Made by a program: the position numbers and the translations under genes. A stretch of 64,000 nt of DNA, from assembly GCA_022710715.1 (NCBI GenBank), contig JAKLGJ010000003.1, positions 358,558-422,557 of the forward strand, written 5' to 3'. The DNA is from Candidatus Omnitrophota bacterium. Lineage in GTDB: Bacteria > Omnitrophota > Gorgyraeia > Gygaellales > Profunditerraquicolaceae. Shown here piece by piece: positions 47,122 to 55,480 of this stretch (position 1 is the first letter of the stretch; each line of letters begins with the position of its first letter). The notes beneath the pieces were generated by a model. It did no database searches, was not told where the DNA came from, and saw only the letters and a list, made by a program, of their open reading frames with translations.

Positions 47122-48774
47122 CTACACCTTGCCCAGCCCGAACGGCGGATACACTTCGGACTCGACCACCACGTCGATGATCGCCGCCTTGCCGCAGGCC
47201 AGCGCTTTCTGGAACACCGCGTCGAAATCTTCGAGCTTCTCCACCCGCGCGCCGAAGGCTTTGCAGGCCTCGGCGTATTTGACGAAATCCGGATTGGTGA
47301 ACTGCATGAACGCCTGATCGTTGAACAGGTTCAACAGGAATTTCTTGATCACGTTGAACTCGCCGTTATCGAAGATCACCCAGATCACCGGGATATTGTA
47401 CTGGATCGCTGTCATCAACTCGAACCCCGCCATCTGATACGCGCCGTCTCCGCAGCCGCAGACCACAACTTTATCCGGATGCGCGCATTTTACGCCGATC
47501 GCGCCGTTGACGTGGCTGGCCATGGGACCGAAGCTGCCGGGATTCTGGTAGATCTGATTTTTGGTCAGGTGCATGTAGCAGTTGAGCCACAACATATGCG
47601 CTCCGGCATCGCCCATCACGAACGAATTCGCGGGCAGGTTGCGGGAGATCGCTTTAGCCAGATCAGCGGGATGTATCTTGGTCCCCGGAGCCTGCACCGG
47701 CCGGTCGAACCAGAGATCTTTTTCAACTTTTTTAGGAGCGACGGTTTTGACTCTTTTGCTCAACGCTTCGGTCAAAGCGATGATCGCCGGCCTGGCGTCG
47801 CTCAACACCGGGTAATCCGCTTTATACACTTTGTCGATCTCATGCCGGTCGATATTGATATGGATGAGGATCTTGTCTTTGAACAGATCCGGTTTGAACC
47901 CGAAGCTCCAGTTCTGGGCAAAAGAATTACCGATGGCCAGGATCACTTTCGCTCCCATGATATATTTGTTGGCGCCGGGATCTCCGGAGGTGCCGAAGAT
48001 GCCTACATTCAACGGATGATCCTCGGGAATCAGGCCTTTGGAATCCATGGTCGCGCTGAAAGGTATCTGGAATTTCTCAACCAGCGTCTGCGCTTCTCTT
48101 TCCCCATGGCTGCGCACCACGCCGTACCCCAGCACCGCGCAAATCGGCTCGTTGTTCTGCAGCGCTTTAGCCAGAGCATCGGCTACGGCGTCGATATCCT
48201 GCTGTCTGGGCAGCACTTTCTTGATATCGACTTTGATCTCGCGGAAATTTTTCACCTGCATGATGGTCACGTCCTTGGGCACGTGGATATGCACCGGGCC
48301 GGGCCGGCCTTCATAAGCCAGATTGATCAATTCTTCCAGGATATCGCAGGTGGAATCCGGGTCTTCGATGACCATGGACTTCTTGGTGGTGGCGTTGAAC
48401 ATCGCCGGAGAATCCGGAGTGCGGGATTTACCGGTAGCTTCGTTCAACGCGCCCTTGCCGCGGTCGCGGGCCGAAGTATAGCCGGAAATCCCCAGAACAG
48501 GCAGTGAATCCGAATACGCCACGGCCAGGCCGGAGAACAAATTGAATTCCCCGGGACCGCCGGTAGCGAAACACACGCCCAGCTTGTCCGAGAACATGGA
48601 GTATCCGCAGGCCATGAACGAAGCCGCCTGCTCGTTACGGATGATCACGGTTTTGATCTGGGGGGATTTCTTGAGCGCGAGGAGCATCGAGCCGTTGACC
48701 TGGCCGGAACCGCCGAATACATGGTCCACGCCGATATGTTCGAGTGTTTTGACGATCGCTTCATTGACATCCAT
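47122..48774 (-). CDS. Thiamine-pyrophosphate-dependent enzyme of the acetolactate synthase large-subunit family
   Basis: N-terminal TPP (Pyr) domain (HVFGGSGQVNGSMLLAL ... GVCFATGGPGEFN). C-terminal TPP-binding motif GDGAYQMAGFELMTAIQYNIPVIWVIFDNGEFN. Confidence 0.8.
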   Translation of the reverse strand: MDVNEAIVKTLEHIGVDHVFGGSGQVNGSMLLALKKSPQIKTVIIRNEQAASFMACGYSMFSDKLGVCFATGGPGEFNLFSGLAVAYSDSLPVLGISGYTSARDRGKGALNEATGKSRTPDSPAMFNATTKKSMVIEDPDSTCDILEELINLAYEGRPGPVHIHVPKDVTIMQVKNFREIKVDIKKVLPRQQDIDAVADALAKALQNNEPICAVLGYGVVRSHGEREAQTLVEKFQIPFSATMDSKGLIPEDHPLNVGIFGTSGDPGANKYIMGAKVILAIGNSFAQNWSFGFKPDLFKDKILIHINIDRHEIDKVYKADYPVLSDARPAIIALTEALSKRVKTVAPKKVEKDLWFDRPVQAPGTKIHPADLAKAISRNLPANSFVMGDAGAHMLWLNCYMHLTKNQIYQNPGSFGPMASHVNGAIGVKCAHPDKVVVCGCGDGAYQMAGFELMTAIQYNIPVIWVIFDNGEFNVIKKFLLNLFNDQAFMQFTNPDFVKYAEACKAFGARVEKLEDFDAVFQKALACGKAAIIDVVVESEVYPPFGLGKV

Positions 48775-48785
48775 GGACGACTCCT

Positions 48786-49010
48786 TTATTTAGGCGGCTG
48801 ATTGAACTTGCCTATTGCCAGTTTCGGCGGGTTTTCCGAGAACATCACCCCGTTGCAGGCGGCGTTGTCCAGGGTGTAGCCGTCGAAGAACAGATAAATG
48901 CGGTCTTTGGGAACTTTGGAAATTTCGGAAAAAATGGTGATGTATTTGTCGGCGAGGACTTTTTTCTGATCGTCGGTCAACTCTAAGGAATGGATGATGA
49001 TTGCGGGCAT
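48786..49010 (-). CDS. Tautomerase-superfamily (4-OT-like) small protein
   Basis: Start taken at MPAIIIHS... (Pro1 after Met removal), with GGAGG upstream. 74 aa in a beta-alpha-beta pattern (MPAIIIHSLELTDDQKKVLADKYITIFSEI). Confidence 0.45.
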   Translation of the reverse strand: MPAIIIHSLELTDDQKKVLADKYITIFSEISKVPKDRIYLFFDGYTLDNAACNGVMFSENPPKLAIGKFNQPPK

Positions 49011-49103
49011 ATGCGCCTCCGAAAGTTTGTGCGGCTGGAACGAATGGGATTGCGCTTGCGGGCCGCCGCAATAAGCGGCAGCCCGCAGCACTCAACGACT
49101 GTA

Positions 49104-49910
49104 TTAGCCTACTTTGATCTTCTTCAGGCCGGCTTTGCCTTCTTTGGCCAGGACATCGAGGACTTCCACGATCTTCTTGCCATACGCGATGGACGATTCG
49201 ACCGATGTTCCGGTGACGAACGGCCAGTCAAAAGCTACGCGCGGATTGTCGCGGGAAGCTTTCTCTTCGGCGATGCATTTACCCTGCGGGCCGACCGCGT
49301 CGCGCACGATATGCTCCAGTGGCCACAAGAAACCGGGAGTATGCACGTCGGTGCCTTTATTATCCGGGCTGGCGCCGTAGAGATCATAGGTAAAGTCCCA
49401 ATCCGGTCCGTAGAAATCCCAGGATGCCGGATGCGCGGTGATCTGCTTGCCGAAGATAACGCTGTTCTTGGTCTTGGGATTGCGGCAATAGACCAAAGTA
49501 GCCACAGAATAGCACAGCGCGCCTACCAGCTTGTCCTGCGCGATAGCGTCGATGATAAGCTTGTGCACGTTATAGTTATTGCACATATCGATCATTGCGC
49601 CCAGGCCGCCGGTCAAAACCAGCGCGTCGTAATTCTTCATATCCGCGTCTTTGAATTTGATCGGATTTGCCCATTCTTTACCGTCGGTCAACTCTTTGAT
49701 GCGCTTGCAGACGTCCGGCGGATTGGTGTTGAATTTGATGATCGGATCGAAGAAGTTCGGATCGCAGCTCACTGCCAGGGGCAGCGGCTTCTTGCCGAAC
49801 CAGGTGGTCAGAGTAACGTCATGGCCGGCCTTCTTGATGATATCCCACGGCGCCTGAAGTTCCTCTCCCCACGTCCCATAGTTTGTCGCACAGATCAATA
49901 CCTTTGCCAT
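49104..49910 (-). CDS. DJ-1/PfpI-superfamily (class I glutamine-amidotransferase-like) protein
   Basis: DALVLTGGLGAMIDMC...KLVGALCYSVATL matches the DJ-1 pattern (GG.GA ... nucleophile elbow C). 268 aa. Confidence 0.5.
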   Translation of the reverse strand: MAKVLICATNYGTWGEELQAPWDIIKKAGHDVTLTTWFGKKPLPLAVSCDPNFFDPIIKFNTNPPDVCKRIKELTDGKEWANPIKFKDADMKNYDALVLTGGLGAMIDMCNNYNVHKLIIDAIAQDKLVGALCYSVATLVYCRNPKTKNSVIFGKQITAHPASWDFYGPDWDFTYDLYGASPDNKGTDVHTPGFLWPLEHIVRDAVGPQGKCIAEEKASRDNPRVAFDWPFVTGTSVESSIAYGKKIVEVLDVLAKEGKAGLKKIKVG

Positions 49911-50002
49911 ATACTCCTCCTCGTGTTACCAATCCTCCATACTGGCTTAAACACCGACGCATCTACGAGCGGCGGCAGCCGGATTGGGTGCTGCGTTGAT
50001 TG

Positions 50003-50371
50003 TTATTTCTTCGCTTTGATCCTCTTTCCCGCGTTGCCGCCCTTGGACATCCAGGGAAAGTCCTTCTTGACCGGGGTGAAAAGATCGATCGCCTCGGTCT
50101 GACCGACGGCCACGAACTCGTGCCAGACGTTCGGCGGGATGAAATAAGCGTCCCCCGCCTTGAGCACGGCTTTTTCTTTGCCGATGAGCATCTTGAAGCC
50201 GCCCTTGATCACGTAGCCGAACTGCTCCTGCTTGTGCTTGTGCCATTTGACCACGCTCTTATCGGCCATGTCCCAGTGCTGGGCATTGAGCTTGTTTCCT
50301 TCGCCCAGGTACTGGCGGATCACCCCTCCTCCCATGTCGAACTTGTCCAGCTTTTTCCTGTATACGTACAT
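50003..50371 (-). CDS. Cupin-domain protein
   Basis: Cupin_2-like motifs HKHKQEQFGYVIKG ... GDAYFIPPNVWHEFVAVG. 122 aa. Confidence 0.6.
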   Translation of the reverse strand: MYVYRKKLDKFDMGGGVIRQYLGEGNKLNAQHWDMADKSVVKWHKHKQEQFGYVIKGGFKMLIGKEKAVLKAGDAYFIPPNVWHEFVAVGQTEAIDLFTPVKKDFPWMSKGGNAGKRIKAKK

Positions 50372-50389
50372 CCGGGACCTCGCTTTCTT

Positions 50390-50956
50390 TCAGGCTTTGT
50401 CGATCATCTCGATTATTTTCCTGGCGAATACGTTGCAATGGCCGCCGCTGCGGGCAGTCACCAGGTCGCCGTCAACCACCACATCCTCATTCACGTACAC
50501 CGCGCCCATATTCTTAGCGTCGCCGAGCAGGTTGTTGTGCACCACCAGCTTCCGGCCGCGCACCAGTTCCGGCGCCGACGCCACCAGCCACAGGCCGTGG
50601 CAGATAATGCCTTTGATGATCTTCTTTTCGGTAAAAGCGCGCTTCAGGAATTCCGTAGCCGGAGAAAGTTTGGCGATATCTTCGGTGTAACGCAACCGGT
50701 CCGCGACCATGCCGGCCGGAACAATGATGGCGGAATAACTCTTCAGGGTAACGTCGTCCATATTCTCGAAACTTTCGCGAACCTCCATCGGCGCGCGGTA
50801 TTCATGCCCCTGGAACGTCAATGAAGCGCAGCCCCAGAGCCGGGTCAGGAAATGCACGTCCAGGCCTTCTTCGGCAAAACGGAATTTATAATACCAGATT
50901 TCAGGCTCGTAATAATCGCCTTCCAGCAGAATGCCGATTTTCTTGCCTTTTAACAT
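50390..50956 (-). CDS. PfpI/DJ-1 family intracellular protease/amidase
   Basis: KKIGILLEGDYYE ... nucleophile elbow IKGIICHGLWLV ... EDVVVDGDLVTARSGG. 188 aa, with GAGGAGG 5 nt upstream. Confidence 0.8.
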   Translation of the reverse strand: MLKGKKIGILLEGDYYEPEIWYYKFRFAEEGLDVHFLTRLWGCASLTFQGHEYRAPMEVRESFENMDDVTLKSYSAIIVPAGMVADRLRYTEDIAKLSPATEFLKRAFTEKKIIKGIICHGLWLVASAPELVRGRKLVVHNNLLGDAKNMGAVYVNEDVVVDGDLVTARSGGHCNVFARKIIEMIDKA

Positions 50957-50973
50957 ACTTCCTCCTCGAGTTC

Positions 50974-52521
50974 CTACGCAGGGGTGGTACCTTTGGGAAC
51001 GTCCCCTTTGTATTTGACTGCAAGCATGGTGATGTCGTCGGATTGCGCCGCGCCCCTGGCAAAGGAATACACCGCGTCGCGCACTTTGCCGATCATCGTC
51101 TTCATATCGCTGCCGTTGAGCCCGGAGAGCGTGGCCTTCAACCTGGCGTCGGTGAATTGCTGGTGCTCGGGGTCCATCGCTTCGGTAACTCCGTCGGTAT
51201 ACAGCACGATGGATTCACCCGGCCGCATCACTATGCCGTTATTGCCGCACCTGGTCTGTTCCATCACCCCCATGACCATCCCCGCCGGCACTTTGATAAA
51301 ATCAGCCGCCCCGCCGACCTTGATCAATAGCGGCGGGTTGTGCCCGGCGTTGCAGTATTGCAGATTCCCGTTCTCCATATTCAGGATGGCGCAGAACACG
51401 GTGACGAACAGACAGCTCTGGTTATCGGGATAGAGAATATTATTGACCCTGGACAGTATCTCGTTGGTAGGCAACCCTTCCTTGGCCTTGGTCTTGATCA
51501 ACGTCTTGGTGATGGTCATGAACAGCGCGGCGGGCACGCCCTTGCCGGAAACGTCGCCGATAACGAAACACAGGCGTTTGTCGTCCACAAAAAAGAAATC
51601 GTAAAAATCGCCGCCGACCTCTTTAGCCGGGTCCATCATCGCGAAAATCTCGAATTCCTTACGCTGCGGGAACACCTGCGGCAGCATGCTCGCCTGGATC
51701 TCCTGGGCGATGCGCAATTCGCTTTCGATGCGCTCCCGTGACGCGGTTTCCGCTTTGAGATTCTCGATGAAACGTTTGATCGACATCTCGATCAGATCGA
51801 GAGCCATCGCCGGATCATGGGCGAAGAACTTGATCACCTCGTCCCGGCCCATGGTATAGGCTTCCAGGTCCTCCTCGCATACCGCGGAAGCGGTGCGCTG
51901 CTTGAAGGGAGAGAATATCCCCATCTCGCCGATAACTTCCCCCTCCGGGATAACCTTGTTGATCTCGACCAGCCGGATCGCGCCTTTCTTGATATAGAAC
52001 ATCCGGTCAGCTTTGTCTCCGGCCTTGAAAAGCGTATCGCCCTTCTTGAAACGCTCCAGTTTCATGAACGTGATCGGCCAGCGGCAACCGGCAGCTTCCC
52101 CGGGAACGATCGGGGTACTCCCGTTCTTCTTGATCAAGGTCAGAACATTGCGGTCGTTCTCCCTCTTATAACTGACCTGATCCATGAGCTTGCGTATCAT
52201 GTAAATACCCAGGCCGCCGATCTTGCGTTCTTCCATCGGCGCGGTTATATCCGGCGCCGCCAGAGCAAGCGGATCGAACGGGATCCCGGAATCGCTGATC
52301 TGTATCTCCAAAGCGTCCGGTTTATTATCAAAAGCGATCTCCAGTTCGCCGTCTTTGTCCGGATAGGCGTAATTGATCACGTTCACCAGGGCTTCTTCGC
52401 AGGCGAGCTGAATCTTGTTGGCGGCTTCGTTATCGAAACCCTGCCTGGAGGCAGCGCCCCGGATAAAGGAGAACATGGCTTCCAAATGCTGGAGTTTTGC
52501 CGGTAGGACTAATCGTTCCAT
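50974..52521 (-). CDS. Three-domain signalling enzyme: N-terminal RsbW-like anti-sigma-factor-type Ser/Thr kinase (HATPase), central cyclic-nucleotide-binding domain, C-terminal SpoIIE/PP2C phosphatase
   Basis: aa 1-135 has the N-box CEEALVNVINYAYP, the G1 box SDSGIPFDP and the G2 box GGLGIYMIRKLMD. aa 145-265 is a cNMP-binding domain (FKKGDTLFKAGDKADRMFYIKKGAIRL..GEVIGEMGIF...RTASAVC). aa 270-505 is a PP2C domain (IAQEIQASMLP ... GGDFYDF ... GDVSGKGVPAALFM ... LYTDGVTEA). The last 10 codons are encoded by a copy of the 42-kb palindrome arm. Confidence 0.8.
   Translation of the reverse strand: MERLVLPAKLQHLEAMFSFIRGAASRQGFDNEAANKIQLACEEALVNVINYAYPDKDGELEIAFDNKPDALEIQISDSGIPFDPLALAAPDITAPMEERKIGGLGIYMIRKLMDQVSYKRENDRNVLTLIKKNGSTPIVPGEAAGCRWPITFMKLERFKKGDTLFKAGDKADRMFYIKKGAIRLVEINKVIPEGEVIGEMGIFSPFKQRTASAVCEEDLEAYTMGRDEVIKFFAHDPAMALDLIEMSIKRFIENLKAETASRERIESELRIAQEIQASMLPQVFPQRKEFEIFAMMDPAKEVGGDFYDFFFVDDKRLCFVIGDVSGKGVPAALFMTITKTLIKTKAKEGLPTNEILSRVNNILYPDNQSCLFVTVFCAILNMENGNLQYCNAGHNPPLLIKVGGAADFIKVPAGMVMGVMEQTRCGNNGIVMRPGESIVLYTDGVTEAMDPEHQQFTDARLKATLSGLNGSDMKTMIGKVRDAVYSFARGAAQSDDITMLAVKYKGDVPKGTTPA
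50979..51006. repeat. Second copy of one arm of the 60-nt palindrome, 27/28 identical (CAGGGGTGGTACCTTTGGGAACGTCCCC)
   Basis: Read directly from the sequence. It overlaps the 3' end, including the stop codon region, of the fused kinase/cNMP/PP2C gene. It sits 22 nt upstream of the PfpI start. Confidence 0.6.
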
Positions 52522-52538
52522 AATAGATCTGTTGCGAA

Positions 52539-52859
52539 TTACTCGGTATAGGTAGCCTGAATGGTCATGAAGTTATCCAAACCGCTCATTTTGACGACGC
52601 TCAAGATGGCATCCTGCGCCCCGACCAGGAAAATTTGCGCGTCCACGCCGATCTTCTGTTTGGCGAAGATGATCACGCGCAGCCCCGCGCTGGAGATATA
52701 TTCCAGTTCTCTGGCGTGAAACACCAGTCGCGCTATTTTCTGACCGGCGAATTTCTTCAGTTCGCCCTGCAAGCCTTCGGCATTGGTCGCGTCCAGGCGC
52801 CCGCAGAGATCGACTTTCACCACATCGTTGTTGCAGGTGACGGCATATTTTGATTCCAT
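52539..52859 (-). CDS. STAS-domain anti-sigma-factor antagonist
   Basis: 106 aa, with the phospho-Ser region YISSAGLRVIIF. It lies 17 nt upstream of the fused kinase/phosphatase gene and 3 nt downstream of glgX. Confidence 0.8.
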   Translation of the reverse strand: MESKYAVTCNNDVVKVDLCGRLDATNAEGLQGELKKFAGQKIARLVFHARELEYISSAGLRVIIFAKQKIGVDAQIFLVGAQDAILSVVKMSGLDNFMTIQATYTE

Positions 52860-52862
52860 GGA

Positions 52863-55016
52863 TTAAGACTCCTTTCGTGATTTCTTTTTCTTATCCCTGC
52901 CCACCAGGATCACCACTGACCTGGGACCGACTAAAAATTCTTTCTGGCTCGCCAGACCGACCTCTTTGCCGGGCACCCAGATATCGTGCGGGGGCGCGGC
53001 GTCGGTATTGGCAAACACCGCCCACTCCATATAATCGGGGAGCTGCGGCATTTCGAATCCGTGCATCTCCCAGTGCATATTCATTGCGACGTAGACGGAA
53101 TTGTCGTCTACCGTGCCGCCTTTGGCGTGCATACCGCAGAGCATGAACGCCAGACAGCGGCTCTCCTCGGACCAATCCACGTTCCAGGCTTTCTGACCGT
53201 GCCAGGTAATATCGGCGAAACCCGATCCCATATAATCGCGGTTCTGGAAATGTCCGCGGTTGCGCAAAACCGGATGCGCCCGGCGGAAAGCGATCATGTT
53301 CTTGAAAAAATTGAAGAGTTCCTTATTCTTGTCCAGGAGCGACCAATCTATCCAGGAAATCTCATTATCCTGGCAATACGCGTTATTGTTGCCCCACTGG
53401 GTATTGGCCATTTCATCGCCGGCTAAGAGCATCGGCGTGCCCTGACTGACCAGCAGCATCGCCACCGCGTTCTTCATCTGTTTGATACGCAGACGATTAA
53501 CCTGCGGGTCGGTGGATTCGCCTTCCCATCCGCAGTTCCAGCTGTAATTATCGTTGGACCCGTCGCCGTTGTTCTCGCCGTTGGCTTCGTTATGCTTGCC
53601 GTTATAAGCGACCATGTCATACAGGGTGAAACCGTCGTGAGCGGTGACAAAGTTGATCGAAGCGGTGGCGCCTCTGCCCGCCATCTGATACAGGTCGGGA
53701 GATCCCTGCAACCGCTGGGCCATGGCGCCGAGCATATTCGGCTCGCCCTTGAGGAACCTGCGCAGATCATCCCGGTATTTTCCGTTCCATTCCGCCCATC
53801 TGCCCCAGGCCGGGAAACAACCCACCTGATACAACCCGCCGGCGTCCCAGGCTTCGGCGATCAGTTTGCATTTTCCCAGGATAGGGTCGAAAGCCAGGGT
53901 TTCCAGAAGCGGCGGGCTGTGCATGGGCGCGCCGTTCTGATCGCGGCCCAGGATGGACGCGAGATCGAAACGGAAACCGTCCACATGGTAATCCGCGGCC
54001 CAGTAACGCAGGCAGTCCAGGATCATGTTGCGCACGATAGGATTATTACAGTTAAGCGTGTTGCCGCAACCCGAAAAATTGAAATAATACCCCTCGGGCG
54101 TGAGCAGATAATAGGTCTTGTTGTCGATACCCCGGTAGGAAATATACGGACCGCGCTCGTTCCCTTCGGCGGTATGGTTGAACACCACGTCGAGGATGAC
54201 CTCGATGCCGTTCTTGTGCAATTCCCGGATCAGGGTTTTGCATTCATCCACCTGCATGCCGAATTTTCCGGTGGCCGCGAATCCGGCCTTAGGCGCGAAA
54301 AATCCGACGTTGCTGTACCCCCAGTAATTATAAAGCGTTTTGCCGGTGGTCGGGGAAATGCGGGAGTTCTCGAATTCATCGAATTCGTGAATAGGCATCA
54401 GCTCGATACAGTTGATCCCCAGCTCCTTGAGATAGGGGATTTTCTCGCGGATGCCGGAAAAAGTCCCGGGATGCTTGACCCCGGAAGAAGGATTCTGGGT
54501 AAACCCGCGCACGTGCGTTTCATAAAAGATCAGGTCTTCCACCGGCGTTTCCAGGGGATGGTCGTTCTCCCAGTCGAAATCGTCGAAGATGATGCGCGCG
54601 CGGTGCTGGTACATATCGTTCCAGTCCGGCTGCTTGCCCCAGACATCCCTGCCGCCGATGGCTTTGGCGTAGGGATCCATCAGCACCCTGGTCTTGTCGA
54701 AACGATGCCCTTCTCTGGCATCAAAAGGCCCCTCCATATAAAATCCGTATTCCAGATTTTCGTAGTCCAGGTCGAACACCACCATGGTAAATACATTACC
54801 AATGCGGAATTCGTCTTTAAAAGTAATGACGCTGAACGGTTTAGGCTCGTGCTTGTTAAACAGCGCGAGTTTGCAGGAAGTGGCTGACCGGGAATAAACC
54901 GAAAAATTCACTCCCCCGGGAACGATGGACGCGCCGAACGGCAACGGCTTGCCGACGCGCAAGCGGAACTTGCCGCAATCGGATACATGCGTGGGATGCA
55001 GATCGACCCTGAACAT
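52863..55016 (-). CDS. glgX: Glycogen debranching enzyme (GlgX/isoamylase type, GH13)
   Basis: N-terminal CBM48-like region, GH13 region II GFRFDLASILGRD, and further blocks VILDVVFNHT and EAWD. 717 aa. Its start ATG overlaps the stop of the upstream STAS gene (TAATG). Confidence 0.85.
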   Translation of the reverse strand: MFRVDLHPTHVSDCGKFRLRVGKPLPFGASIVPGGVNFSVYSRSATSCKLALFNKHEPKPFSVITFKDEFRIGNVFTMVVFDLDYENLEYGFYMEGPFDAREGHRFDKTRVLMDPYAKAIGGRDVWGKQPDWNDMYQHRARIIFDDFDWENDHPLETPVEDLIFYETHVRGFTQNPSSGVKHPGTFSGIREKIPYLKELGINCIELMPIHEFDEFENSRISPTTGKTLYNYWGYSNVGFFAPKAGFAATGKFGMQVDECKTLIRELHKNGIEVILDVVFNHTAEGNERGPYISYRGIDNKTYYLLTPEGYYFNFSGCGNTLNCNNPIVRNMILDCLRYWAADYHVDGFRFDLASILGRDQNGAPMHSPPLLETLAFDPILGKCKLIAEAWDAGGLYQVGCFPAWGRWAEWNGKYRDDLRRFLKGEPNMLGAMAQRLQGSPDLYQMAGRGATASINFVTAHDGFTLYDMVAYNGKHNEANGENNGDGSNDNYSWNCGWEGESTDPQVNRLRIKQMKNAVAMLLVSQGTPMLLAGDEMANTQWGNNNAYCQDNEISWIDWSLLDKNKELFNFFKNMIAFRRAHPVLRNRGHFQNRDYMGSGFADITWHGQKAWNVDWSEESRCLAFMLCGMHAKGGTVDDNSVYVAMNMHWEMHGFEMPQLPDYMEWAVFANTDAAPPHDIWVPGKEVGLASQKEFLVGPRSVVILVGRDKKKKSRKES

Positions 55017-55357
55017 TAACCCTCCTTGGCCAGCGCCTCGACAGCAGAGGCAACGCAGTCAAACATCTTGAAGAAGTTGCTGAATCCCGTCATCTCCATC
55101 ACGTCTTTAACTTCGTCGGAGAGACCACTCAACACCAGCACTCCGCCCTGGGTGGAAAGCTGTTTTGCCGCCAATAACAAAAGGCGCAAGCCTGCGCTGG
55201 AAACATACTTGCACTCTTTAAGGTCCAGCACCATGGAAATTTTCGAGGAGATCAACGGCATGATCTTATCCTGGGCGTCGCTCACCGTGCCGCCGTCAAG
55301 GCTGCCGGAAAAACTGGTAACAGTCACACCGTTCTGCGTAGTTGTACTGATCTCCAT
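55016..55357 (-). CDS. STAS-domain anti-sigma-factor antagonist
   Basis: Start taken at MEISTTTQNG, with GGAGG upstream. Phospho-Ser region YVSSAGLRLLLLA. Its stop overlaps the glgX start by 1 nt. Confidence 0.75.
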   Translation of the reverse strand: MEISTTTQNGVTVTSFSGSLDGGTVSDAQDKIMPLISSKISMVLDLKECKYVSSAGLRLLLLAAKQLSTQGGVLVLSGLSDEVKDVMEMTGFSNFFKMFDCVASAVEALAKEG

Positions 55358-55383
55358 AGAACCTCCTTGCCCACGAGGGCAAC

Positions 55384-55457
55384 CCTTGCGCAATTCTCCG
55401 CCACATGGCGGACACTGACGCAATGCCGATCTGCGTCAGGTGCGATCTGCGCAAGGG
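55384..55457 (-). promoter_or_regulatory. Multi-stem RNA/DNA structure upstream of the STAS-glgX-STAS-kinase/phosphatase operon
   Basis: The outer 10-bp stem cccttgcgca (55384-55393) / tgcgcaaggg (55448-55457) encloses two inner hairpins: ccgcc-acat-ggcgg (around 55399-55411), and ctgacgca-atgccgatc-tgcgtcag (55415-55439). No adjacent U-run, so it is not a canonical terminator. Confidence 0.3.
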
Positions 55458-55480
55458 GGTGCCAAAGGGGATATTTTATT

